64,000 nucleotides of DNA from Kofleriaceae bacterium (GTDB lineage: Bacteria > Myxococcota_A > Polyangia > Haliangiales > Haliangiaceae). Both the position numbers and the translations under genes were made by a program. The notes under the pieces were generated by a model that made no database searches, was not told the DNA's origin, and worked only from the letters and a program-made list of their open reading frames with translations. The stretch spans positions 269,069 to 333,068 of the forward strand of contig CBDCCZ010000054.1 of NCBI GenBank assembly GCA_965215005.1. Reading direction: 5' to 3'. Positions 1 to 10,117 of this stretch are shown piece by piece; position 1 is the first letter of the stretch, and the number at the start of each line of letters is the position of its first letter.

Positions 1-2
1 GT

Positions 3-530
3 GCCGTGGCCGACGCACGGGTTTCGGCGCCGCTAACGTGGGACGAGGTGCCAGACTGCGAGCCGGGAGATTTCACCATTACGACCATGCCCGCGCGCTA
101 TGGCCGACTGGGCGAGGTCCACGCGGGCATCGATGCGCCAGCGGCAGTGGGGTCGCTCGAGCCGCTCTTAGAGCGGTCTCGTCGCCATGAAGCGGAAGGC
201 CTGGGCGATGCGCCGTGGCCTCCGCACTATAAGAAGCAACGCGGTGAGCCGCGTCGAGTGCAGCCGTCGAAAGCCAAGGGACGGCAGTCGAAGATGCCAC
301 TCATCACCGTGGCCAAAGCGGCGAAGAAGGAAGACGCGCTGGCTGGCCTGGAGCGATGGAAGTCGCGTCACCCCGCCGCTGCCGAACACGTCGCCGTGGA
401 AGACGTGCTCGTGGATGCAATGCGTGGCAGGTCCTCCACGTGGACGCGCGTGCGGGTAAATTTGCGCCACGTACCCGAGACCGCTCGGCCTGCAGAAGAG
501 CCGCCGGATCCTGACTACGAGCCGTCGTAG
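3..530 (+). CDS. C-terminal part of a LigD-type primase-polymerase (Prim-PolC-like DNA polymerase domain protein); 5' end lies outside the window
   Basis: ARVSAPLTWDEV...DFTITTMPAR and DAPWPPHY are typical of the LigD polymerase domain C-terminus; close to an ATP-dependent ligase gene. Confidence 0.8.
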   Translation, partial: AVADARVSAPLTWDEVPDCEPGDFTITTMPARYGRLGEVHAGIDAPAAVGSLEPLLERSRRHEAEGLGDAPWPPHYKKQRGEPRRVQPSKAKGRQSKMPLITVAKAAKKEDALAGLERWKSRHPAAAEHVAVEDVLVDAMRGRSSTWTRVRVNLRHVPETARPAEEPPDPDYEPS

Positions 531-675
531 GCAGCCGAATATCTGGCTCGCGTCACGCGGCCGCTACCTATTGAAGAGCTTCGCTAAGGCCCTCGGTCGC
601 GCGTTTCCCTCGCTCAAGGATGATACTCTCGGGTCATTACCAGGCACCGAGAGTGCCTCAATGAGAGAGGGGATC

Positions 676-1150
676 ATGAAGCAGATCGTTATCATCGGAC
701 TGTTCTTCGCGGCGGTCTCCGCCTTCAGCGCTAGCGAGGCGGCAGCTCAGACCGGCGTTGGCGTGGGCGTCGACGCGTTTTCTCACCGGACCGGTGGGCC
801 CGAGCGTCACCTATGACGCGGATACGTTTCGGGTGGGCGGCATGTTCGCCTTCTCGGACGACCCAACGCAGTTCTTCCTCGGCGGTCGCGCGGCGTTCGT
901 CGTGCACGAAGGCGACCGCTCCGACTTCGCCATCGGCGCCGGCCTGGGAATTTTCAATCAGGACAATGACCCCGTCGACGATGAAACCAACTTCCATCTC
1001 GATGCTTTCGGGCAGCTGCGGGCGTTTCTAACCAGCAACGTGGCGTTGAACGCGAGCCTGGGCTTAGCGGTGATCGCAGGCGACGCCGATACAGTCGACA
1101 TAACCGGCGACCTCGTGGGTATCGCCGGCATTCACTACTACTTCTATTGA
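676..1150 (+). CDS. Small outer-membrane beta-barrel protein, split by a +1 frameshift near 778-781
   Basis: Signal peptide MKQIVIIGLFFAAVSAFSASEAAA after a GAGAGGGG RBS; removing one T from gcgTTTTctc joins it to the 758..1150 frame, which has alternating hydrophobic beta-strands and a C-terminal GIHYYFY BAM-type signal. Confidence 0.7.
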
Positions 1151-1166
1151 CCATCTCTTAGAGTGG

Positions 1167-1198
1167 GAGTGGCTCGCGGCTTACTCCGTGAGCCACTC
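1167..1198. terminator. Hairpin between convergent genes (probable bidirectional terminator)
   Basis: gagtggctcgcgg-cttact-ccgtgagccactc, a 13-bp stem with one G-U pair. Confidence 0.55.
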
Positions 1199-1255
1199 GC
1201 TTCTCGCGGCCGCTTCTCGGGTCTTCCCTCGAGCTTTACGAGTGTTCACGACCCG

Positions 1256-2338
1256 CTAGGCGCGGAAAATCTGCTGCAACTCGTAAGGCGGGGTGACCTC
1301 GAGCTGCGCATAGGTGCACTCGGCGGCGGGCTTGTCGGGCCGCCAACGCACGAAATGGGCGGTGTGACGAAAGCGATCGCCCTGCATATGGTCGTAGGAG
1401 ACCTCCACGACGAGCTGTGGACGCAGCGGCACCCAGCTCAAGTCTTTGCCGCGGTTCCAGCGGCTGCTGGCGCCTGGCATTCGTTGGCCGGTTTCGTCCG
1501 TTTGCGCCCATGAAGCCCACGGGTGATCGGCCATGGGGTCTTGCCGGTACGGGGCCAGCTCAACCGTGAGCGCACGCCTCTTGGCTGCGGCGAAACTCGC
1601 TGCCACGCCCGCATGGTGCAGAGTTCCGTCTGCATCGTAAAGACCAAGGAGCAAGGAGCCCACGAGCTCGCCCTCGCCGTCTTTGTGCCAGCGGAATCCA
1701 GCGACCACGCAGGCGGCAGTGCGCTGGTGCTTGACCTTGAGCATCGTGCGCTTGCCAGGCTCGTAGCGCGCATCGTCGGCTTTAGCGATGACACCGTCGA
1801 GTCCTGCCCCTTCGAAGCGCTCGAACCAATCGGTCGCAACTCCGCGGTCGCGCGTTGCTGGGGTTAGGTGAATAGGTGGCCTGGCGGCGTGCAGCGCGTC
1901 TTCGAGGAGCCGTCGGCGATCGCGGAACGGCCGCTGCGACAGATCTTGCTCGCCAAGGCACAACAGATCGAAAGCGACGAACGAGGCAGGTGTTTCTTCG
2001 GCGAGTTTTGCCACTCGCGACGCAGCGGGATGGATGCGCAACAGCAGCGCATCGAAATCGAGGTTGCCCCCGGTCGCGATGACGATCTCACCATCGACCA
2101 CACAACGAGGCGGAAGATTCCGCAGTAGCGGTGCCTCGAGCTCGGGGAAATAGCGATTCATCTGCTTGAGATCTCGACTCTGAATGTAAACTTCGTCACC
2201 GTCGCGAAACACGATTGCGCGGAAGCCGTCCCATTTGGGCTCATAGATCCAGGTGTCGCCTTTGGGCAAGGCGCCAGCGCGCTTCGCGAGCATCGGTTTT
2301 ACAGGCGGCACGACCGGCGACGACATGCGCACCATCAT
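1256..2338 (-). CDS. ligC: ATP-dependent DNA ligase, LigC type
   Basis: Adenylation motif YEPKWDGFR, VDGEIV, FVAFDLL, GLDGVIAK, C-terminal RFRHTAHFVRWRPDK. Confidence 0.9.
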   Translation of the reverse strand: MMVRMSSPVVPPVKPMLAKRAGALPKGDTWIYEPKWDGFRAIVFRDGDEVYIQSRDLKQMNRYFPELEAPLLRNLPPRCVVDGEIVIATGGNLDFDALLLRIHPAASRVAKLAEETPASFVAFDLLCLGEQDLSQRPFRDRRRLLEDALHAARPPIHLTPATRDRGVATDWFERFEGAGLDGVIAKADDARYEPGKRTMLKVKHQRTAACVVAGFRWHKDGEGELVGSLLLGLYDADGTLHHAGVAASFAAAKRRALTVELAPYRQDPMADHPWASWAQTDETGQRMPGASSRWNRGKDLSWVPLRPQLVVEVSYDHMQGDRFRHTAHFVRWRPDKPAAECTYAQLEVTPPYELQQIFRA

Positions 2339-2413
2339 GGCGCATTCAGCGACTGTCGCCTACATCATAGACGGTAGGATCGGCGCCGGGGGGACTGGTA
2401 ACATCACCCTTGG

Positions 2414-3925
2414 ATGGCAGCCCAGGACAGGTTCGACAACAGAGATGCTAGCGGCACCGACTGGAGTGATCGCGTTGGAATCGTGATCGACAAGCGCTAT
2501 CGCATCACCGGCGTCTTGGGCCGTGGCGGCATGGGCAGCGTGTATCGCGCCGAGCACGTTCACCTCAAGCGTTTGGTCGCACTCAAGCTGCTGCATGGCG
2601 CTCTTGGCAAGGTTCCCGAGATTCGCGCTCGCTTCGAACGAGAGGCGTTTGCGGCGGGTCGAATCGCTCACCCAAACTGCATCACTGCTTCGGATTTTGG
2701 TGAGCTCGACGATGGCTCGCTCTACATGGTGATGGAGCTCGCTGACGGTGAGTCGCTGGGCAACCTCATCGACCGTGAGGGCCGCATGCCGCCGCTGCGC
2801 GCGCTACGCATCATTCGCCACGTGCTTTGCGGACTCAGTCACGCCCACGGGTATGGCGTGGTTCATCGCGATATCAAACCCGACAACATCATCGTCGGAC
2901 CGCGAGATGGCGATCCCGATTATGCACGGCTGCTCGACTTCGGTATCGCCAAGCTCCTCGGACAGGCGGAGGCCGAAGAAGGTGGCGAACGTTTGACGCA
3001 GGCTGGCGTTACGTTTGGAACGCCGGTGTACATGTCGCCCGAGCAGGCGTTTGGTTCCGCGATAGATCCGCGCTCTGATCTCTATTCGCTCACGGTGGTG
3101 CTCTACGAGCTTCTCACCGGCAGGCCGCCGTTCGTCGCTGCGGATCATATCGCGGTGCTCAGCATGCATGCTTCGAAGCGGGTGCCGCCGCTGGCGTCGC
3201 GGGTGACGGAGGGGCGGTTTCCGCCAGCGCTCGAGGCGTTGATCCAACGGGGGCTGGCAAAGTCGCCAGAAAAGCGATTCGCTGACGCTGCAGCGTATAT
3301 CGCGGCGATTGACGGCGCGGGCGAGGCGCTTGCGGTCGAAGAAGCGATGACCATGGGGCAGCTGTCTTTGCCCGCCTCCAGCGCTGTTCGACATGGTTGG
3401 TCGGCCACGCCAACGGGCATAGGAACGGCGGTGACCGGACCGTATGCGCCAGTCGGCCCGCGATGGACGGCGCGACGATGGGCGGCAGTCGCAAGCGGTG
3501 TTGGCTTGGTGCTGCTTATCGCGTTTGCCGCCATCAGCGCGGAGCGCGACAGCACTGCTGCGGTGGCGAAAGCACCGGCGCGGCCGACGCCGAAGCAATC
3601 GCTTGCGGCCAAGGAGGTGCGCCCGTCGCAAGAGAGCGTGCCGTCGTTGCAGCCGTTGGCGCTAGAGGTGGCGCCGCCCGCTTCAGTGCGCGATGCCGAG
3701 CTGCGCGAGCTGATAGCCGCGCTGGAAGAAGGTCGGCGGTGCAAAGAGCGGCGTGCGGCGGTCGATAAGCTAGTGGCGCTGGGGGATGTGCGCGCGGTGC
3801 CAGCATTGAAGAAAGCGCGCTATCGCAAGGTGCGTGGCGGCTTTCTCGGGCTCGAGTCGCGCAACGCAAATGGCTGCTTGCGGCGCGCGGCAGACGCAGC
3901 CATCGCCGCACTCGAAGGTGGCTGA
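2414..3925 (+). CDS. Membrane-anchored Ser/Thr protein kinase with a C-terminal HEAT-like extracytoplasmic domain
   Basis: LGRGGMGSVY, VALK, HRDIKPDN, DFG, GTPVYMSPE; TM segment WAAVASGVGLVLLIAFAAI; C-terminal LVALGDVRAVPAL flanked by two Cys. Confidence 0.92.
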   Translation: MAAQDRFDNRDASGTDWSDRVGIVIDKRYRITGVLGRGGMGSVYRAEHVHLKRLVALKLLHGALGKVPEIRARFEREAFAAGRIAHPNCITASDFGELDDGSLYMVMELADGESLGNLIDREGRMPPLRALRIIRHVLCGLSHAHGYGVVHRDIKPDNIIVGPRDGDPDYARLLDFGIAKLLGQAEAEEGGERLTQAGVTFGTPVYMSPEQAFGSAIDPRSDLYSLTVVLYELLTGRPPFVAADHIAVLSMHASKRVPPLASRVTEGRFPPALEALIQRGLAKSPEKRFADAAAYIAAIDGAGEALAVEEAMTMGQLSLPASSAVRHGWSATPTGIGTAVTGPYAPVGPRWTARRWAAVASGVGLVLLIAFAAISAERDSTAAVAKAPARPTPKQSLAAKEVRPSQESVPSLQPLALEVAPPASVRDAELRELIAALEEGRRCKERRAAVDKLVALGDVRAVPALKKARYRKVRGGFLGLESRNANGCLRRAADAAIAALEGG

Positions 3926-3963
3926 GTAGAGCGGGGAGAAACTCGTATGCATCAAGCGGCGCA

Positions 3964-5289
3964 CTAGCGGCGCCAGGACGGCGCGCTGTGCAGATCCGGC
4001 GTTAGCTTCTGCGCGGCGAGCCACGGCTTGATACGGCGGAACGCCTCTTCGATGGCCTCCATGGAAGCGGCAAAGCTGATGCGAATGGCGTTGGGTGTGC
4101 TTTCGCCAAAGGCATCGCCCGGCACGACGCACACGCCGGTTTCCTGCAGCATGCGCATCGCGAGGTGTGAGCCATCGGTGTGCGGCGGCAGCGAGGGAAA
4201 GATGTAGAAGCCGCCCTGCGGCCAGTACCCACTGAGCTGCGGGCACTCGCTCACGAGCTGCACCACGCGATCCCGGCGCCGCGCGTATTCCGTCGTCATG
4301 ACGTCGACGCAGGAGCGATCGCCCTCGAGGGCCGCTACCCCAGCCCATTGGGCGGGCGTGTTAGCGACCGAGGTGGTGAACATGTGCAGTCGGCGAAGCC
4401 TGCGAATGGCGCCCATGCTGGAGATAACCCAGCCAATGCGCAGGCCTGGCATCGCGAAGGTCTTTGAAAAGCTGGATACGATGAAGACGTGATCGAGGTC
4501 TGCAGCGTACTGCAGCACGCTTGGGTATTCGATTTCGTCGAGGATGAGATGGTCGTAGACCTCATCGCTAAAGACCTTCACGCCGCGATACGCCGCCTCT
4601 TGTACGATGGCGTTGATGGTCTCTTTGGGATAGACGGTGCCGGTCGGATTGCTCGGCGAGTTGAGGATGATTCCCGCGGTGCGCGCGCCAATCTTGTTGA
4701 TGACCTCTTGTGGGTCGATCTGATGGCCGTGCTCGGCACGCGTGGATATTAACTTGACCTCACCGCCAAACATGCGAATGAGCGGCGCGTACAGCAAGAA
4801 CGACGGGTCTGGGACCAAGAACTGCTTGCCCGGCGTGACCGTGGCGGCCAACGCCAGATACATGGCCTCGGTTGCTCCCGAGGTAATGAGAACGTTGTCC
4901 TCGCTGAGCGGTCGCTGATAGCGCTCGCCATAGTATTTCGCCACTGCAGCGAGGAGGTCGGGCAGCCCTTGGTCCATCGTGTAGGCGGTGCGGCCTTCTT
5001 GCAGCGCCTTGATATGCGCCTCGATGATGTGTGGCGGCGTCGGGAAATCTGGCTGGCCGATGGAGAGGTGGATGACATCTTTCATGCCAGCAGCAACGGT
5101 GATCATCCGGCGAATTCCAGACATTGGAATTGCCTGCAGCGCCGGGCTCCACGTCGATTCGGGTTGAGCGATTTCGCCGTCGCTATCATCAGGTTTGGAT
5201 GCTTTTACCTGGAGATCTTCGCTATCCGCCGCGACCTCCGTGATCGAGTCATTCTTCGCTGCTTTGCTGCCGATACCGATCTCCGCCAT
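3964..5289 (-). CDS. PLP-dependent class I/II (aspartate-type) aminotransferase
   Basis: LSIGQPDF, ITSGATEA, NSPSNPTG, SDEVY, SSFSKTFAMPGLRIGW (PLP lysine), AIRISFA; acidic N-terminal extension of about 45 aa. Confidence 0.92.
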   Translation of the reverse strand: MAEIGIGSKAAKNDSITEVAADSEDLQVKASKPDDSDGEIAQPESTWSPALQAIPMSGIRRMITVAAGMKDVIHLSIGQPDFPTPPHIIEAHIKALQEGRTAYTMDQGLPDLLAAVAKYYGERYQRPLSEDNVLITSGATEAMYLALAATVTPGKQFLVPDPSFLLYAPLIRMFGGEVKLISTRAEHGHQIDPQEVINKIGARTAGIILNSPSNPTGTVYPKETINAIVQEAAYRGVKVFSDEVYDHLILDEIEYPSVLQYAADLDHVFIVSSFSKTFAMPGLRIGWVISSMGAIRRLRRLHMFTTSVANTPAQWAGVAALEGDRSCVDVMTTEYARRRDRVVQLVSECPQLSGYWPQGGFYIFPSLPPHTDGSHLAMRMLQETGVCVVPGDAFGESTPNAIRISFAASMEAIEEAFRRIKPWLAAQKLTPDLHSAPSWRR

Positions 5290-5387
5290 GCGATCAGACT
5301 ACGCCGCAGGAGCACGCGGATCAACGTGCGAGGTTTGACGGCTGCAGCGCGGCCCGATAACGTCACCGTTCGAACGCGAGGTTCTAA

Positions 5388-6390
5388 GTGAGTGCACAAG
5401 CGATACATTTGCCGGTGGTGGCGGTACTCGATGCCGAGCATGCTCCGCCATGGCCGGGTCTCGAGCCGCTCGCGGAACACGCTGAGGTGGTGCATTGCGC
5501 GGATGCCGGTGCGCTCGAGGAGGTCATGCAGCGCGCTGAGGTGCTGCTCGTTACCGACTTCCGCGCCACCATCAATTAAAACTGCCTGGCCCGATGCGAA
5601 GCGACTGTCGTGGGTGCACGCCACGAGCGCCGGCGTCGACATGTTGATGTTTCCCGAGCTGGTCGCGAGCGCCATTCCCGTGACCAACGCACGCGGCGTT
5701 TTCGACCGCACCATCGCGGAATACGTGCTTGGAATCGTGGCTGCGTTCGCGAAGGACTTTTGGCGAACACGCGCGCTGCAGCAACAGCAGCGTTGGCAGC
5801 ATCGCGATACCGAACGCATCGCGGGGGCCCGCATGCTGGTGGTCGGTGCCGGCTCGATCGGACGCGAGATAGCGCGACTAGCGCGCGCGGTAGGAATGCA
5901 GGTGAGCGGCCTGGCTAGACAGGCGCGAGATGACGATCCCGTGTTCGGCGAGGTATACGCGGCCGAGGAGCTGGCGCGGGTGCTGCCGCTTGCTGACTAC
6001 GTCGTGATTGCCGCGCCGCTCACCGAGGCTACGCGCCACCTTTTCGATGCGGCTGCGCTTGCTCTCATGAAGCCAACGGCGCGTCTGATCAATATCGGTC
6101 GCGGCCCCATCGTCGACACCGATGCGTTGGTGGCGGCGCTACGCGCAAATCGCCTCGCCGGCGCTGCCCTCGATGTGTTCGAAGAAGAGCCATTGCCGGC
6201 AAGCCATCCGCTTTGGGCGATGGAGCAGGTGCTGATCTCACCGCACATGGCTGGCGACTTTGCCGGCTGGCGCGAGGCGCTCAGCGCGCAATTTATCGCT
6301 AATTTTCATCGGTGGCGTGCGGGCCAGCCGCTCGTCAACCTCGTTGACAAACGCCGCGGCTACGCCGGGCCAGCTAAGGAGAGTGCATGA
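5388..6390 (+). CDS. D-2-hydroxyacid dehydrogenase (NAD(P)-dependent), +1 frameshift near 5575
   Basis: N-terminus in ORF 5388..5579 joins the 5392..6390 frame: WVHATSAGVD, TNARG, VVGAGSIG, INIGRG, GAALDVFEEEPLP, ISPHMAG. Confidence 0.88.
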
Positions 6391-7818
6391 CTGCCTCGTC
6401 TGCCATTGCCGAGCTCACTGCTGCTGAGCTCCTCGAGCTCTATCAGACCAAGAAGCTATCGCCGGTGGAGGCAGCGAAGGCGTGCCTTGCGCGGGTCCGC
6501 GCGCACAACGACGCGGTGAACGCCTACCGCTTCGTGGACGAGGACACGACGCTGCGACTCGCTAGCGAATCCGAGGCTCGCTACCTTGCCGGCGAGCCGC
6601 GCGGCAGTCTCGACGGCGTGCCGGTGGCGGTTAAAGATGTTTTTCTCATCAAGGGGTGGCCAACGATCAAGGGCTCGCACGCGATCGCCCGCGATCAACC
6701 TTGGGATATCGACGCGCCGGCCATCGCCGCGCTTCGTCGCAACGGGTTTGTTCCCCTGGGCATGACCACCACGCCGGAGTTTGGTTGGAAGGGCGTTACC
6801 GACAATCCGGTGGACGGTGTCACTCGCAATCCGTGGGATCCCAGTAAGACTGCGGGTGGCTCGAGCGGCGGCAGCGCGGCGGCAGTGCCGCTCGGCATGG
6901 GGCCTTTGGCGCTCGGCACGGATGCTGGTGGATCGATTCGTATACCCGCGGGATTTTGCGGCATCGTTGGCCATAAGCCCACGATGGGCCGAGCGCCGAT
7001 GTGGCCGCCGAGCGCGTTCGCCCCGCTCGCTCACGTGGGTCCGATGACGTGGACGGTGCAAGATGCGGCGCTGCTGCTCGATGTGTTGACCGAGCCTGAT
7101 TCCCGCGATGCCACTCTGCCTGCCAATCATAGCCGATTCAAAGATTCACTCGAGGGTGGCATCAAGGGCCTGCGCATCGCGTTCAGCCCCGCGTCTGGGC
7201 TACGTGGACATCGTCGAGCCGGAGATCGCTGAGGCAGTGGCCAGCGCCGCAAGAGTGTTTGAAACGCTAGGGGCGCGTGTCGAGGAAGTCGACCCTGGCT
7301 TCTCCGATCCACTCGAGATGTTTGACCGCATGTTCTATGGCGGCGCCGCAAACGCTCTGCGGGATCTGTCAGACGAACAGAAGTCCAAGATGGATCCGAA
7401 CTTGGTGTTGGTCGCACGCGAAGCTTCCAAGCTGACGATGCTCGAGTACCTCGAGGCCAGCAATCTGCGTCTACGGCTGATCGAGCGCATGAGCCTCTTC
7501 CATACCCATTACGACTTGTTGCTCACGCCTTCGCTGCCTATCGTGGCATTCGAGGCCGGGCGCGAGGTGCCTGCCGGCTGGCACAGCCCCCGCTGGCCCA
7601 CGTGGACGCCATTTACCTATCCATTCAATCTGACCGGGCAGCCGGCGTGTTCCGTGCCTTGCGGCTTTACCTCAAACAAACTGCCGATCGGCCTGCAGCT
7701 GGTGGGAGCCGCGCACGCCGACGACGTCGTGTTGCGCGCCGCGCACGCCTATCAGATCACTCGCCCCTTGACGGATCGTCGCCCAACGCTGCACGAAGCG
7801 GCGCAAGGAACAACATGA
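6387..7818 (+). CDS. Amidase-signature family amidase, +1 frameshift near 7187-7190
   Basis: GVPVAVKD, GGSSGGSAAAV, LGTDAGGSIRIPA; continues in the 7108..7818 frame (YDLLLTPSLP, FTYPFNLTGQPACSVPCG, LPIGLQLVG); ATGA overlap with the upstream gene. Confidence 0.9.
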
Positions 7819-9233
7819 ACCAGACCCCGGTGAAGATAGGTGGCTCGCCAGTGACCAAGGCGCGCACCATCGAGATACGCAATCCGTACAACGACGATGT
7901 CGTGGGTATCGTGCCGCAGTGCGACGCTGCCGATGTAGACCGCGCGTGTAAAGCGGCGAAAGCGGCACTCGATCGCGATGACTTTCCGCAACATCAACGC
8001 GCGGCGGTTCTGGAGCGCGCCGCGGTGCTACTTCGTAGCCGCATAGAGGAGCTAGCGCGCATCATCATGCGCGAGGGCGGCAAACCGATACGAACCGCGC
8101 GCAGCGAGGTCGAACGGTGCGTCGACACTCTCGTATTCTCGGCGGTCGAAGCGCGCAAGCTCACTGGTGAAATGATCCCAATGGCGGCCAGTGTCTCTGG
8201 GGCCGGAAAATTGGCCTTCGCGCTGCGGATTCCCATTGGGGTCATCGGCGCCATCACGCCATTCAACTTTCCGCTCAACCTCGTGGCCCACAAGCTCGCG
8301 CCGGCCATTGCCGCGGGGTGTCCTGTGGTGCTCAAGCCGGCACCGCAGACGCCCCTGACCGCGCTGGCGCTCGTCGACCTGTTGTTCGAGGCTGGCTTGC
8401 CGCAGGACTGGATTTCTACCGTCACCGATGGTGGCAAAGAGGCAGGCGAGCCGCTGGTCGAGCACGACATCCCCAAGATGATCACGTTTACCGGTAGCGC
8501 TCCGGTGGGCTGGATGATCGCCAGTAAAGCCGCTAAGAAGCGCGTCTCGCTCGAGCTTGGCTCCAACTCGCCGCTCATCGTCGAGCCAGACGGCGACGTC
8601 GACACCGTCATCAAGAAGCTCGGAGCTGCGGCGTTCGGCAACGCCGGCCAGAGCTGCATCTCGGTTCAGCGCCTGTTGGTGCACGAAAGCATTTGCGCGC
8701 CGTTCACCGATAAGCTCATCGCCGCGATGCGCGGCTTGGTCGTTGGCGACCCGGCTGACGAGAAGACCGATGTGGGCCCGATGATTCGTTCACAAGAGAA
8801 CGAGCGAGTGGCCGCGTGGCTGCAGGAAGCGGTGCAGGCAGGGGCCAAGGTACTGCTCGGCGGCAAGCCCGAAGGACGCCTATTTCCGCCCACCGTCGTC
8901 GCCGATGCGCCCTCCTCATGCAAGCTCTATCGCAATGAGGTCTTCGGGCCGGTCCTCCTCGTGAACAGCTATCGATCATTCGATCAGGCCATCGAGATGG
9001 CCAATGATAGCGACTTTGGCTTACACGCCGGCGTCTTTACGCGCAACCTGGGCCGTGCGCTGGAGGCGGCTAAGCGGCTCGAGTTTGGCGGCGTGTTGAT
9101 CAATGAGGTGCCGACCTTTCGCGCCGATCAGCAGCCGTACGGCGGCGTCGCAGATGCAGGCAACACCCGCGAGGGCCCCGCTTATACAGTTGCCGAAATG
9201 ACGGAGCTGCGCTTCGTGAGCTTGCAGGCGTGA
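7815..9233 (+). CDS. NAD(P)-dependent aldehyde dehydrogenase
   Basis: AITPFNFPL, VVLKPA, FTGS, LELGSN, NAGQSCIS (catalytic Cys), EVFGPV; start ATG at 7815 overlaps the amidase stop (ATGA). Confidence 0.93.
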   Translation: MNQTPVKIGGSPVTKARTIEIRNPYNDDVVGIVPQCDAADVDRACKAAKAALDRDDFPQHQRAAVLERAAVLLRSRIEELARIIMREGGKPIRTARSEVERCVDTLVFSAVEARKLTGEMIPMAASVSGAGKLAFALRIPIGVIGAITPFNFPLNLVAHKLAPAIAAGCPVVLKPAPQTPLTALALVDLLFEAGLPQDWISTVTDGGKEAGEPLVEHDIPKMITFTGSAPVGWMIASKAAKKRVSLELGSNSPLIVEPDGDVDTVIKKLGAAAFGNAGQSCISVQRLLVHESICAPFTDKLIAAMRGLVVGDPADEKTDVGPMIRSQENERVAAWLQEAVQAGAKVLLGGKPEGRLFPPTVVADAPSSCKLYRNEVFGPVLLVNSYRSFDQAIEMANDSDFGLHAGVFTRNLGRALEAAKRLEFGGVLINEVPTFRADQQPYGGVADAGNTREGPAYTVAEMTELRFVSLQA

Positions 9234-9240
9234 CCGTGCG

Positions 9241-9273
9241 CGAGCGGACGCCTCGTTTGCGGACGTCCGCTCG
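9241..9273. terminator. Hairpin between convergent ALDH and Bor-like genes
   Basis: cgagcggacg...cgtccgctcg, a perfect 10-bp stem. Confidence 0.55.
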
Positions 9274-9281
9274 GCCCGTGC

Positions 9282-9638
9282 TCAGTATGCTTCGCCCGGG
9301 GCGCCGCCATACAGGCCTTCGCCGCAGTACACGCTGACCTCGCGAAACTCGACCAGCGGCACCACAAAGAAGGTGAGCGAGTTGATCACGCTGCCGACCA
9401 CGCTGTTGAGAAAGCTCGTGCGGTCGACGAGCAACGCCGGCTCACCGTAGCTTGCGCACGCCAAATCGAGGTCGACTTCCTCTGCCTCGATGATTCCGTA
9501 GATGAGTGCAATGTGCCAGTGCTCGTCGTAACGCTGCGAACGCGCCTGCGGTTGTGCGTTCAGGTGATACACTGTTTTGTAGCAAGCAGTTGACGACAGG
9601 ATGAGCACTGTCAGAGCAAGAGTGATGCTGGTCCTCAT
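9282..9638 (-). CDS. Bor/Iss-like small lipoprotein
   Basis: Lipoprotein signal (LSSTAC-YK), HIALIYGII, conserved Cys, TSFLNSVV, final VSVYC. Confidence 0.6.
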   Translation of the reverse strand: MRTSITLALTVLILSSTACYKTVYHLNAQPQARSQRYDEHWHIALIYGIIEAEEVDLDLACASYGEPALLVDRTSFLNSVVGSVINSLTFFVVPLVEFREVSVYCGEGLYGGAPGEAY

Positions 9639-9979
9639 CGCCCTCGCTCCCCGAAGGTATCCACGGCGCAGGTTACCGTGGTGGTGCGCGGCGCATACAA
9701 CCCAAGGGTGATGAGCGTCAGGACCGTGTCGAGCGGCGTCTCGCGCGAGAAGATCTTGGCGACGCCTGGGGCGCCGCAGTCACGGCCCGCCCACACGTGC
9801 TCCTCACCAATCAGCCCCCAGAGAAAAAAGTGCAAGTCGTATTCGATTTGCCGATACGACTGCACTTTGTGAGGTGCGCGATAGGTGAGGCGCGAGCAGC
9901 CGAGGAGCCCCCAAGCCATCGCCAGCACGATGATGACGGAAGCGAGCTGGCGGCGAGACGAACGAACGGACGAACACAT
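9635..9979 (-). CDS. Bor/Iss-like small lipoprotein
   Basis: Lipobox LLGC, HFFLWGLIG, ETPLDTVLTLITLGLYAPRTTTVTC matches the Bor family pattern; 4-bp overlap with its paralogue. Confidence 0.7.
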   Translation of the reverse strand: MCSSVRSSRRQLASVIIVLAMAWGLLGCSRLTYRAPHKVQSYRQIEYDLHFFLWGLIGEEHVWAGRDCGAPGVAKIFSRETPLDTVLTLITLGLYAPRTTTVTCAVDTFGERGR

Positions 9980-10033
9980 GGGTTAGCCTCCTCGGCCAGA
10001 TGACCTTTCGCAGGAGATTCATCGAGCAGCATA

Positions 10034-10086
10034 GACGGCATCACAGGATGCCGTCACCCCCCCTTCTGCTCGTTCGTGACGAACGA
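10034..10086. promoter_or_regulatory. Two adjacent perfect inverted repeats (terminator and/or operator)
   Basis: gacggcatc-acag-gatgccgtc (10034-10055) and tcgttcgt-g-acgaacga (10070-10086). Confidence 0.45.
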
Positions 10087-10117
10087 CGCATGCCGCCCCA
10101 ACCCGACACGATGTAGG

